64,000 nucleotides of DNA from NCBI GenBank assembly GCA_043228905.1, contig JBHGNT010000001.1, positions 21,018,001 to 21,082,000 on the forward strand, in the 5' to 3' direction. This document shows positions 25,707 to 37,841 of the stretch, in pieces. A program made the translations under genes and the position numbers. Numbering within the stretch: the first letter of the stretch is position 1; each line of letters opens with the position of its first letter. The notes under the pieces were generated by a model, which worked only from the letters and a program-made list of their open reading frames with translations, did not search any database and was not told the origin of the DNA. The DNA is from Azolla caroliniana (Eukaryota; Plantae; Polypodiophyta).

Positions 25707-26815
25707 TAAGGTTTCCATTAAACTTGTGTCTGTATTCTTTTGATATACGGACAAGCCGGTTTTCTCTTAGGTTCTGCAATCATATTCTTTTACATGGTAT
25801 CAGAGCGTGAGGGTTGAGAACCTCTGCAGCCAACAAGCGTTTTTTGAAGACAAACCCTAACACCCGACCCAGTAAAGAATAGACAGAAGAAGAATGTGGA
25901 GCGAGGAATGGCTAGCTCGCTCATGACGGAGAACCTCGATAGACCCAACTACCCATATTGGTCATACAAGATGCACTAGTGCCTACTTGGGCATGGTTAC
26001 TGGAGTTATGTCGACAGAGCGAACGATACGAAACCTGATGCACCACACAGAGACTTGTAGACTTGGCAGCAAGTAAAGTTATGTACTACATTGCATCTAG
26101 TGTTGGCGATCAGCTTCTGAACCATATCCGGTCCTCCAAGACACCGAAGGAAGCTTGGCGAAACCTAAAGAAGGTCTTCGCCACAAGCACCTTGGCCCAG
26201 AAGCTGCAACTTCGACAGGAATTGAGCAATCTCTGATTGAAGGACATGTCGGTGGCCGACTATATGGCCCGAATGAAAGACATCTACGACTCACTTGTCT
26301 CTATCAACGTAACCATCGAGGAAGATGAGAAGGTGAAGGTTTGTCTTGGGGGCCTGGCATCAAAGTTCGGAGCATTTCAGATGGCGGTCTGTACAAGGGA
26401 GAATACACCCTCGTTTTTCGACTTACCATCGCTGCTCCTAGTAGGGGAGAACCACACAGGTGTGTTAATGAGCATGCACATCGACAACAAAATGTTGTAC
26501 ATGGAGGCAGATCGGCACGCGGTGGAAGCAGCCGACAAGAGCAAAATAGGAGGCACAATGATGGTGCCGACAACAGTTCTAGACCTTTCACAAGCAGGGG
26601 GAGTCAAGGTGGTGTTGGGAGCCGGCGAGAGAAGACCGCAACATATTGTTGGTACTATGGCCGGAGGGGCCATAGAGAGAGCGAGTGCTGGAAGAAGCAC
26701 GCTGATTCAGCCTAATCTGATCCGGCAAGGCCGGTCGGGGAAGCCGGCAAAGCTCACATTATGCTGAGGAATTGGAAAAATCTGATTCCGGAAATGGAGC
26801 AGACCCAACCTTTGT
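25707..26815 (+). mobile_element. Copia fragment of the same family (partial 5' LTR, PBS, gag), opposite orientation
   Basis: LTR end ..TTTTACA at 25794 and PBS TGGTATCAGAGCG at 25795-25807. Gag MSVADYMARMKDIYDSL and knuckle CWYYGRRGHRESEC. Confidence 0.85.
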
Positions 26816-26819
26816 GGAA

Positions 26820-28402
26820 GAGTACACAGACAATGACGTAGGATCTTTACGTGGAAAACCCTAATAGGGAAAAACTAGGGGAGCCCACAAACTAGGGGAT
26901 CTTCATCAGCATGAACTCTTGATCTTCTACTCTCTCTCGGTTCCAGTGGTACCTTCGCTGGATATGTTTCATCCGGGAATGGTAGGCTGCATTCTTTGCT
27001 AGGTGGATGGTAGTTTGACTGTCGCAGAAGAGCCGGTATTCCTCCTGTTTGTTCCTCATCCTCATCCAATTCGGGATTTTGTCCGGTTCCGGTGTCTTCT
27101 TCTTCTTCTCCACTCGGTTCAGTTTCTTGTCCGTATCCGGCCAGTTCGTCGAGTGTCATCCAGTTACTGGCTAACATCCGGTTTTCAACTGGGTATATCC
27201 TTGTGTCCTCAAGCCGGTTTTCATTGGATGATCCAGAGTTCATCATCTTCTTCTTCGACTCCCAGTCGGCAATGGTCTTGTCTTCCATGAAGACTATGTC
27301 CCGACTCCGGAACACCTTCTTGTCGACCAGATCCCACACTTGGTAACCGAACTCATCATTGCCGTATCCAAGGAATATGCATGGCCTGGACTTCGGATCC
27401 AACTTTGCTCTCTTGTCCTTCGCCACATGCACGTATGCGAGACACCCGAACACCTTCAGATGAAGGTAAGACACATCCTTACCGGTCCATACTTTCTGCA
27501 CTGAGTCTCCTTCCAAGGGTACTAAGGGCGATTTGTTTATCACATAGGTTGTCGTCATTAGCACCTCAACCCAAAACTTCTTGGGTAACTTGGCATGTGC
27601 GAGCATGCTCCAGACTCTCTCCATTATAGTCTGGTTCATCCTTTCGGGCAGCCCGTTTAGTTCCGGCATCTTCGGCACGGTGAATTCGAGCCGAATTCCC
27701 TTCGACCGACATACTCCTCGAACTGCCTCTGATATTCTCCTCCATTATCTGCTCAAACTGCCTTCAGAGTCCAGTCGGTTTCCCTTTCCACTCTCACGTG
27801 GAGCTCCTTGAAGATGGATAGCACCTGATCCTTCGTCTTCAGTGGTAAGACCCACAACTTCCGGCTATGGTCATCTATGAACGTCACGAAGTACAGCAAT
27901 CCAGCATGTGACTTCGCGTCCACTTGACACACATCGGTATGCACCAACTCCAGCAGTGCATTCTATCTCATCGGTGGTCTTGACCGGAAGGAGGTTCAGT
28001 TTTTCTTGCCAACCAAGCAATCGGCGCACTTCTCAAGTTGCACGTCCTTTACCGGAATGAGGTTGTCTTCGGCAACGATCTCGAGCTTTGTTTCTTCACC
28101 AAACGGTGGTTACAACAGAGTATCGCTCTGTATCTCTCTCTCTCTCCCTCTCTCTGTACAACAGTTACAACAATATGGCCACTATGCTAAGTGATTGTCC
28201 TAAGTCATATTTATCCTTATATGAACTTAGGGCTATTTACAAATATAGCCTCAATAGGCTTACTCAAAACATATTTACAGATCTATCTTCGCTTCCGGTT
28301 CTCACCGGATCCACAGATCCGGTTTCCGGATCTCTTCCGGTTCTCACTGGGTCTTCTCCATTCATAGTCGGTTCCCATCCGAAGGGACTGATTTCCCAAC
28401 AT
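26820..28402 (-). mobile_element. Deleted Tnt1/Tork-like copia remnant (integrase joined to RNaseH end, LTR pieces)
   Basis: ORF 26875-27678 is close to the integrase at 55966-57567. HLAKNAAYHSRMKHI follows directly. LTR-like pieces at 26825-26880 and 28090-28402. Confidence 0.75.
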
Positions 28403-29636
28403 ACCTGAAGTCCACACTCTCTCCATTACGAGACGGTACAACAACCCCTAGAGCTGGTCCACACAGATATATGTGGACTGATGCTTGAAAGATCACTAGG
28501 AGGCTCCTGGTACTTCATCAATTCGTAGATGATCGTACACGGAAGGTCTGGGCCTACTCAATTAGGTTGAGAAACGGAGCGCTTGAGGCCTTCATTCAAT
28601 GGTTGGTCGAAGTGGAGAACCAGTTGGGACATTGAGTGAAGACACTCTGATCTGACAACGGAGTTGAGTATACCTCCCAAGCCTTCAAAAAGTACCTATC
28701 TAACAAAGGGATTCAATATCAAAAGATTGTTCCTTATACTCCCATACAAAAATGGCGTGGTGGAACCTACGATAGGCTTCATATATTTGGATGCAAAGCA
28801 TATGCATTCATCCCTAGTGACAAAAGTACCAAGTTGGCGCCCCATGCAAAAAAGTGCATATTTGTTGGTTATAGAACCGATGGAGAATTCGACTATCAGT
28901 TATGGGATCTAGAGAACCGGAAATTGATCCGGATATGTGATGTAGTAGAAGGATCGACCCACCGGACCGAACCGACAATTTGACCAACCATCGAAGAAAG
29001 CCAAACCAACGATCACTCTACCAAATCCAAATTGGCAAGAAGTCCACTAGTCGAAATCAGGCATATGGTACTTTCCTCATCTCAGCCTTGTCGTTCTCCC
29101 TTTTCGAACATTTCCTAGCATTCAACTTGCAATTGGTTGGCAACGCAGACCCGATTGGTTTTGCTTTTGACATGTTGAATCTTTCCAAGATCTTTGTCAC
29201 ATACTTTTGTTATGACAACCATAGCACATTCTTAGTTCTCTCACGAACTATATGCATCGCCAATATTTTCCTTACCAATCCAAGATCTTTCATGGCAAAC
29301 AACTTGCCTAGCGATTTCTTCAAGCTTGCTATCTTCTTGGTGTCTTGTCCGACCACTAACACGTCATTAAGATATAGCACGAGAATCAAGAAGTCGCCTT
29401 CATCATACCTTTCGACAAACACATTACGATCAACTTGTGTTTTATGGAACCCATTTTCCAACTTGAAGGATTCAAACTTCTTGTACCATTGGCGTGGAGC
29501 TTGTTTCAGAACATATTAGCTTTTCCTAAGTCGACACACCAGATTCTGTTTTCCTTTCTCCACAAAGCCTTCGGGCTAATGTATATAGATCTCTTCATCT
29601 AATTCCCCATGCAAGAATGTTGTTTTGACATCCTCT
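28403..29636. mobile_element. Copia debris: integrase fragment (+, ~28410-28950) and RT fragment (-, ~29030-29630)
   Basis: ELVHTDICG/VDDRTRKVW-like sequence on +. LVLYLNDVL..FAMKDLG on -. Confidence 0.7.
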
Positions 29637-30410
29637 TCAGCTGAGTAGCTAATTAGCTAAGTGGTAGCTAATTAGCTACTACCATAGTTTAGTGTAGTAG
29701 CTAATTAGCTAACTAGTAGCTACTTAGCTATTACCATAGTTTAGTATAGTAGCTAATTAGCTACTACCATAGTTTAGTGCAGTAGCTAATTAGCTAAGTG
29801 GTAGCTAATTAGCTACTATCATAGTTTAGTACAATAGCTAATTAGCTACGACCATACTTTAGTAGAGTAGCTAATTATGTAAGTGGTAGCTATTTAGCTA
29901 CTACCATAGTTTAGTACAGTAGCTAATTAGTTGAGTGGTAGTTAATTAGCTACTACCATAGTTTAGTACAATAGCTACTTAGCTGAGTGGCAGCTAATTT
30001 GCAACTACCATAGTTTAGTATAGTAGCTAATTAGCTGAGAGGTAGCTAATTAGCGACTACCATAGTTTAGTACCTAATTAGCTAAGTGGTAGCTAAATAG
30101 CTATTATCAAACTTTAGTTAAGTAGCTAATTAGCTAAGTGGTAGCTAATTAGCTACTACCATAGTTTAGTACAGTAGCTAATTAGCTACTACCATAGTTT
30201 AGTACAATAGCTAATTAGCTACTACCATAGTTTAGTACAGTAGCTAATTAGGTACTACCATACTTTAGTTATAGTGGCTAACTAGCTAGTACCATACTTT
30301 AGTTGAGTAGCTAATTAGCTAGTACCATACCTAAGCGAAGTAGCTTATTAGCTACTGTCATAGTCTTGAAGAATAGCTAGTTAGCTAAGATGTAGCTAAT
30401 TAGCGACCAT
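29637..30410. repeat. Satellite of ~33-bp and ~19-bp units built on the palindrome TAGCTAATTAGCTA
   Basis: Units TAGCTAATTAGCTACTACCATAGTTTAGTACAG and TAGCTAATTAGCTAAGTGG. The same repeat occurs at 34370-34573 and 37842-37960. Confidence 0.95.
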
Positions 30411-30420
30411 GTTGTTGTAG

Positions 30421-32155
30421 AATCTTGTGGATTAAGGAGGGCGCATGACCTGTTTGGTGCTAATGATGTTGCAACCAATGAGGAGATAGTTGCCAACGTG
30501 GCTGAAAGTAAGAGTCCTGCTATCACATCTCCTTCAGATCAGCTCCACCCTATTCTTTTGGAAGATGGTAATGAATTAGGCTATGAAGTGAAAAGCCATG
30601 AAATATTGGAAACAACATGTAAATCTGAAGTTCACAACAATAGTGTTTTTGAACACTTGATGCAACATTTCTTCGAATCCCAAAACCTTGATTCCACCCC
30701 ACTGAGCCCAACTACTGATAATGTCCAAACAGATCCCACTGTACTGGAAAAGCTAGTGCAAGACACGGCTGACCTACAAGCCGTTGCTGAGGTGATGGAA
30801 AGGTTGTCATCGGAGGACACACTTGCACAATGGGTCAAAGAAGCAAGGCTAAATGGACAACCGGCTAGAAAAAGGGTGAAGATGGGGCCACGATCGAGGA
30901 CAAGACCAGTTACTCGGTGAAGGGGCTCTTTAATTGGAGCGAAATACTTATTAGTGGGATATGATTGTTAGTGATTTTCCTAGGGTTTTATGATGTTTTA
31001 CTATGATCTATTTGGACAAGTAAAACCTCAAATTGGTTGTTGCTTGATCCACATTATGTAATGGATGTTTCTCCAAGATAATTATGTGCATGTTTCTATG
31101 ATGGAAAATATTTCATGTTCATTATGTTGTTTTGTGAGACTGTTAGTTACTTTCTGAGTGTGAATATGTTGGTGTTTTCTAATGTTGCAGAGTCTAAAGG
31201 GTTTGAATCTATTGCTCCTAAGGCCGATGGTAGTGTGGAAATTGTTCATGTTGCTGCATGTTTAGAGGGCCACATCTTGAAAGTAGATGTAGCAACTAAC
31301 ACAAATGATCTAGTCACGTAAGTTGATCAAGCATGTCGCACACATGATCTGATTTTGCAGGTAGATGCAGCATGTGATACTAGTGGGCTGATATCGACCA
31401 GATCAGTATCTACATGCACTGAGCCAATGAATAAGTCGACAACACAAGAGCACCAGAATGTGAAGCCATGCCCAACACAGTTGACTAGGGGTTTGAAGAG
31501 GAAAAGGACACAAATTGTGCCGACAGAACCTAAGTTGATTGACCTTGATCGTGTGCTACCAGTAATTGGTGTAAAAGAGGCTCAGTTACAGGAATGGAAA
31601 CCTAAACCATTAGAAGTCGAACGAAGATCCTTGATCTTGGAGCTTGATAAAGTCCTGATGAGTGTGCAATATATGACACCAAGGAGGGACGCAAATCAAT
31701 TTCTGGAGTGGGTTGTGGAATATTTTGATTTGTTTATTTGGAGCGAAAAATCACATACAGATGTGTGGAAGTGTGTAGAAATATTCTTCCCGAAGTGGCG
31801 TCAACATTTCAAGGGTCACTGGACACGAGAGAATTGTGAGTAGAATGATGTTGCAAGATTCAAAAGACTTTCTGATTTTTGGGACACTTGGCCAGATTAT
31901 AATGCCGACAATACGTTGATTCTGGATATAGAACATTTCCGACATTACTTCAACATTCGCAGATGTTGTCTCATTCTACCTGATGAAATGCCTGAACACT
32001 ATTTGGTGAAAACATTGAGCTGCCAACTAGCTACATGGTAGTGGACTCCATACCGTGCTCGGTATGTAGATCATATATGTAGAGAAGTTCCACTGACCAG
32101 TAAGAGCTTAGCTGTTTATAGACGATTTCAAGACATTGGCAATGGGATGTTATAA
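30421..32155 (+). pseudogene. Multi-exon gene remnant ending in an FCP1-homology / NIF (HAD-like) phosphatase domain
   Basis: LILELDKVL, PRRDANQFLEWVVEYFDLFIWS and, past a stop at 31843, FKRLSDFWDTWPDYNADNTLILD. These match the order of NIF motifs. AG acceptors at 30420 and 31190. Confidence 0.6.
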
Positions 32156-34573
32156 ATATGTAATTTGCTACCACTTAATCAATGAAGAATTAAATTGCTT
32201 GTTTTGAGTAACTCAGCTACTGTGTAATTTTAAGAGTATGTTTAGGATTGCTGATTTCATGATAGTGCTTTTTCTTAAAATTATGCAAACTATTTTAACT
32301 TGTACATGGTTCACTTGAGTAAATCTGTATCTCAGAAAGAAGAACCCTAAACGATATTATTAAACTGTATATCAGATAGAAGACTGATAGAAGAAGCACA
32401 AAAAGTACACTGTATATGAAAAAAAAAACTCCCAAACAGGTCCATTAAACTGTTTATTTTGCAATACATGTGCTTTGTTTGTTTTACAAGAAAACTGGTA
32501 ATTGCTACTTGTAGATACAAATTCCATGGCATACTATTGTAAATACTTTCATACACATTAGCACTAACTGTGTATAAACCTGAGCAGCTATTGTATTGCG
32601 ACATTGGGACATTGATGCACTTGACCAAATGAGAGTACATGTACGCCATTGGTTTGTCTTCTAATAGCCTATACACATAATCGTAATCATCTAGTCTTGC
32701 ATAAAAAATACCTTCGATGTAGAATGTCCTGGTAGATACAACATTTCCCCAAGTATCTAATATATTCTACGTTGCACATTGTTTACTAACAGTGCACTTC
32801 AATACATAGAAATCAACACCCTCTGAATTGCCTTCTTTTGCATTTACAGCAAAATTATCCCCAACATTTAAGACATCACTCAGAGTATCTCCACATCCTT
32901 GATATGTGAAGTCAGCATTCTTTTCTGTTTCCCCATCAATTACTTCCTTATCGTTCAATGTATGATACTACCAATTCTGAAGATATGCTTTGTTTAAACA
33001 ATACCTCCAATTTCCCTGCACACAATGGAAGCAAAAACAAGTTAATTCTCTAGCCGCAATACAATGACCATCCAACCAAGAATAACCGCGAATAGCATGG
33101 AGAGATCGCAATTCGGGAATTCCTTGGCACTCCTAGGTCTTCTCCCTATTTACTTCATATCTTCACTTCCCAAAATTCACGTTTGATATCTCGAACCTGC
33201 AAGGAATAAACACCAGTTGCACTCATTGAGATATTAGCTCTTAAAAATTCAACTACATGTGCTGCACAATTCATCTGCTCACCATCTGCCTTTAGTTGTT
33301 CATGGGTAAGTGCCCGCTTTATAACAACACCTGCACCATCATGTTCACCTTTATCATGGCCAGACCCAAAAAAATTCCATCTAATCTCCAAACCGGTTAT
33401 AGCAGGATACCTCCCCACAAAATAAAATGGACGTCTAGCCTTGAATTGTGACGCAGCTCCATCAAACCAGACCCAATGTTGAGTAAGCTCCAAACGTTTA
33501 GCTAATAACCATTGCCAATGTAAGTTAAAACAATGTTGGACGAACAAGGTGTCATTCTTCTTATCATCAGAAATAAAAAAACGAATTACTTTTTTAACAT
33601 CACCTAAAACTCGAAAATATGTTATGTGCACAAAAATGGTTACCTGCGCCAATGCATAGATTGAATTTTATTCTGCTGCTTGAAAGTATAAATTCTCTAC
33701 GAAATCTACTACTGAGACTACTACATCATTTAGAAAATCAGATATGCAATTCTTAAACTGATGGGCTTGCCATGAATAAATGAAGTTGTGTTTAATGAAC
33801 TTTCCTAGAGATACTACAAATAGAGACGCCAAATCCCTTGGTTTAAGCGACTTCCTAACTAGATCCTTTCTTTTACACACCTTTCCTTCGAAATTGGTGT
33901 CAACTGACTCAAATAACTTGATAGAGATTAGTATTTCAGTACTCAATTCATTTGGACACCACCTAAATCTACTAGGGCCACAATCTTGACATAAACCCAT
34001 GACACATTTATGACTGTGGAAGATGGCCTCAATTTCTGTCGGACACAATACTAAATCTAAAAGACAACTCATGGAAGAGATAACATGCTCAAATGATTTA
34101 CAGCGCTCATGCGGGCTCGATCAACAAATTGGGCACACACAAATGCAAACTGCATTTTGTTAGGGAGGCGCTATGGTGACATAGTAGATTAACAGAGTCC
34201 TTGAGAAAACCCATTTGTACATGGTAAATGCAACAACATGTGTATCGATCCTTCAAGCGTCTCACAAAGTGTGGCTTAAGAGACTCGAATGTTCGTAGTT
34301 GAACTTTGATATTTGGATGCATTCGCCTGAACCTAATAAATAAATCAACCTACGTAATAAAATGGACATACTGATTAGCTTTATGGCTAAGTGGTAGCTA
34401 ATTAGCTACTACCATAGTTTAGTACAATAGCTAATTAGCTACTACCATAATTTAGTACAGTAGCTAATTAGCGAAGTGGTAGCTAATTAGTTACTACCAT
34501 AGTTTATACAATAGCTAATTAACTACTACCATACTCCGCTAATTAACTATTTTGTTCTACTTAGGGAGCTAAT

Positions 34574-37500
34574 TGTTATCACTAGGGCCGAACAATGGCC
34601 TAACACAAGGTGTCCCTTTGAGACACTTCACCAAAGGGGTGTTGCGGTGAGATAAACTTAGACCAACTCTTAATGAACCCTAATTGGTTACTAATCGGCA
34701 ATATCATTGATCACAATACACTTAGCACAGAATGGTAATTCACTCGGTTAAGATACAAAACAACAACGCTCTTATTAATTATCCGCTAATGATTACAATC
34801 TAATTGGGCCCTTTTATAGGTCTCCGCCTCTAGGTACAAACCGGTGTCAACCGGCAACCGGCTATGAACTAGTCTGAATCCAGATCGGCATACCGATTCC
34901 GGGTCCGTCTGTTCGCTTCTCAAAATCATAATAATTCTATATTATATATATAATCAACTCTCGATTATTAATTATCCCCTTCTTCCATTCTAGACTTTCC
35001 TTGCCAGTCGGTTAACACATGACACGCCCGTGGGGCAGTACCTTGTACGTCAAATCCCACAATCCGGCTTCATTCATCCTCCAAAATGTCCAAAATGCTT
35101 TGATCTAAGGGTTCCAATGGTTCCTCGGGAAGCTGTTCTGTCATCTGTTGTTGTTGTTGTTCCTCCTCCTGCTGTTGCCCCGATTTCTGTTGTTCCTTCG
35201 GCTGCTCTTGTTGCTGCTCCGGCTCCAGCTGTGGCTGCCTCTAGTTGACGTTTGTTTCCTGCAGCTCTGTAGATCTGACCGGCTCTTCCTCCTTTTCCGA
35301 CTCTACTAATCTTGGCGGCTCTTCCTCTTTTTTTGGCCCTACTGGTCTTGGTGTCTCCTGGTTCTGTTGTCCGGCGTGCACCGGTTCCTGCCGATGACCT
35401 TCCTTTAGCGGCTCCTCCTGAGTACTATCTGGTTGGCTTCCCCTGGCTTTAACCGGCGTTTGTTCTGAAGATGGCTCCTCGTCACTGATAGTACTTTCGT
35501 AGTTTTCTTGGCCACTTCTTGTCGTTGCCTTTCGTACTTTTCGAAACGGAGTTGGTTGTCCTGCTAGTCATCATCCAGTTGTGCCACTAACTGACGTACC
35601 GCCACCCTCTGCTCATCAGCCAAGGACATGAAATCATTTGATAGTTCATCTTTTATCACTTCAATGCTTTCTTTATCCAGGATGTAAACTTCGTCGCCCT
35701 CCTTCCGCCGGTTTTCTACATCTGCCCGCAGCAACTGTAGCTTTGCTGCCTACTTAGCCCACTTAGACCACCACTGTACTGAGCTTTCTTCCACCAAATG
35801 CTTCGTTTGATTCCTCCATGCCGGTACGATGTCCCGGATCTGCCCCAGCCCCATCTTTGACTTGTTCTCTGCGGCCTGTTTTTCTTCCTTCAATTGTTTA
35901 ATCAAGCTCACAGTTGCCACTTCTTGGCTTCTGTAGTGCATGAGTTGGGTCTGATAGGTCGTCGGAACTCTATTCAGAGTCATTGTCGCGCGCTCTGTTT
36001 CCGCCTGGTGCTTCACTTGCAGGTCCAGTCGCTCTTTCATTGCTTCCGCCAGTTGTTTAGCTACTTCAGCTCCCTTCATCTGCTCGTCCATCAATGCCGC
36101 CGTCATCCGGTTAATTTCGTCCCAGAGTTCCCTGCACTTTTCCTGTTGCCTATCACTTTCTGTAATCAATTATTATGATCAGCATCCAAATGCTTATAAT
36201 CCCGGTGCAATCGGTCGAAGTCATCGGTTTTCTGTTTTAGCTTTTGATTGATAAGCCGGCGAGCACTGTCCTCACGGTCTTTTTGTTGCTAGAGCTCTTC
36301 TTTGAGGCGCTCAATCTCCACTTCCGTCGTCCACCGAAGTTTCTCTTTTTCTTGCAGGAGTTTGTCTTTCTCTTCTTTCAGTCGGTCATACGCTCGATGA
36401 CCTCTTCTCAAGCTTTCCTCTGCTCGGTGGAGGCTGTCGGTTGTCTTCCGTTGTTCCTCCTCCGCCGCGTTTTTCAATTCTCGTTCCCTAGCTCATAAGG
36501 CTTCTTGCGCTGCCAGGTCTTCCCTTAATGTGGTGAGCTCTTGTGCTGACGTTTTATGAGTATCCAAGCATGCCTCAGTCACCGGGGTCTAATCGTTCTG
36601 TAAAGTTACCAGAGCTACCGATTCCGCTTGATGTGGTCCTTCTATGACCAACTTGGCCATATCTGTTCTGGCCTTCTCTATGTCTTCCTCCACGCTCCGG
36701 ATTCTTGACCGGGCCTTCTCTAATTCCTCGGTTGTGGCTAGCAACCGGTCTTCATGCGCTTTCTCTTCCGCTTCTAACTGGCAGATGACCCCGGTCACTT
36801 GTTCTGTCCAACCAGGTCGCTGCTGGTCGGCCACCACTCTAGCCGTTGGTATGTGGCCACCGCCATCCGATCGTCGTCCCGGCTCCGTCACCGTTCCGAC
36901 TGTTCGGCCCATTCTGGTCGTCGTTTGGCGGTTCTCTGTCCAGCCCATCTGGCCACTCCGGCCACTGTTCGGCTATTCCGGCCGCTTTGGCCGTTCCTCG
37001 GCCACTATTTGGCCGTTCGTCCGTCGTTACGGCTCCATCTTCGACCGTGGCCATCTCCGACCGCTGTCTGGCCATCTCTGTTTGGCATTTCCGACTCCAG
37101 CACCGGCTTTGGCTATGTTGTCGTTACAGTCGCTGTCATCACTCCATTTGCGTTTTCCATCCAACCTGTTCATCTTTGTCTTTTTTGGTTGTCTCTCGCG
37201 CCACGCTTTCCTGCACACACACATTGTCGCTAACTGCACATTTGCACATTGTCGTGTCCATCCTTGCACACTCACGTAACGTCATCATTCCATGACTTCC
37301 TCTCGCACATCATACCGTCGCGGATCATTCATCGACTCCATCTCCAAAGGGGGGTCGCCTTAGTGGTCGCCAAAAACTATGTTATCGCTAGGGCCGGACA
37401 ATGGCCTAACACAGGGTGTCCCTTTGAGACACTTCACCAAAGGGGTGTTGCGACGAGATAAACTTAGACCAACTCTTAATGAGCCCTAATTGGTTACTAA

Positions 37501-37841
37501 TCGGCAATATCATTGGTCATAATACACGCGTAAGATAAATTACACTTAGCACAGAATGGTAATTAACTCGATTAAGATACAGAACAACAACACTCTTATT
37601 AATTATCCACTAATGATTACAATCTAACCGGGCCCTTTTATAGGTCTCCGCCTCTAGGTACAAACCGGTGCTAACCGGCAACCAGCTACGACCCGGTCCG
37701 GATCTGAATCGGCATATCGATTCCGGGTCCGTCCGTTCGCTTCTCAAAATCATAATAATTCTATATTATATATATAATAAGCTACCGGTTATTAATTATC
37801 CCCTTCTTCCATTCTGGACTTTCCTTGCCATCCGGTTAACA
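34574..37841 (-). mobile_element. Small non-autonomous LTR element 'D' (3.3 kb) in the transposase intron
   Basis: LTRs 34574-35017 and 37380-37841 (TGTTATC..GTTAACA). TSD CTAAT. PBS TGGCGACCAC at 37363-37372 (minus). Minus-strand TATAAAAGGG in both LTRs. Confidence 0.92.
35250..37148 (-). pseudogene. D coiled-coil accessory ORF (no recognisable gag or pol)
   Basis: E/K/R-rich ORFs 36589-36948, 36289-36477 and 35750-36169. Shares the motif LxxLxADVENRRKEG with the B ORF. Confidence 0.65.

Noticed and set aside
29637-30410. CRISPR-like array (palindromic repeats with spacers)
   Set aside because: The spacers are themselves repeated, there are no cas genes, and the context is a eukaryotic intron. 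It is a satellite.
37346-37354. AAAGGGGGG as the PPT of a plus-strand element D
   Set aside because: It lies ~25 nt from the LTR with a PBS in between. The ORFs and TATA are on minus, matching B and G1, whose gag fixes the orientation.
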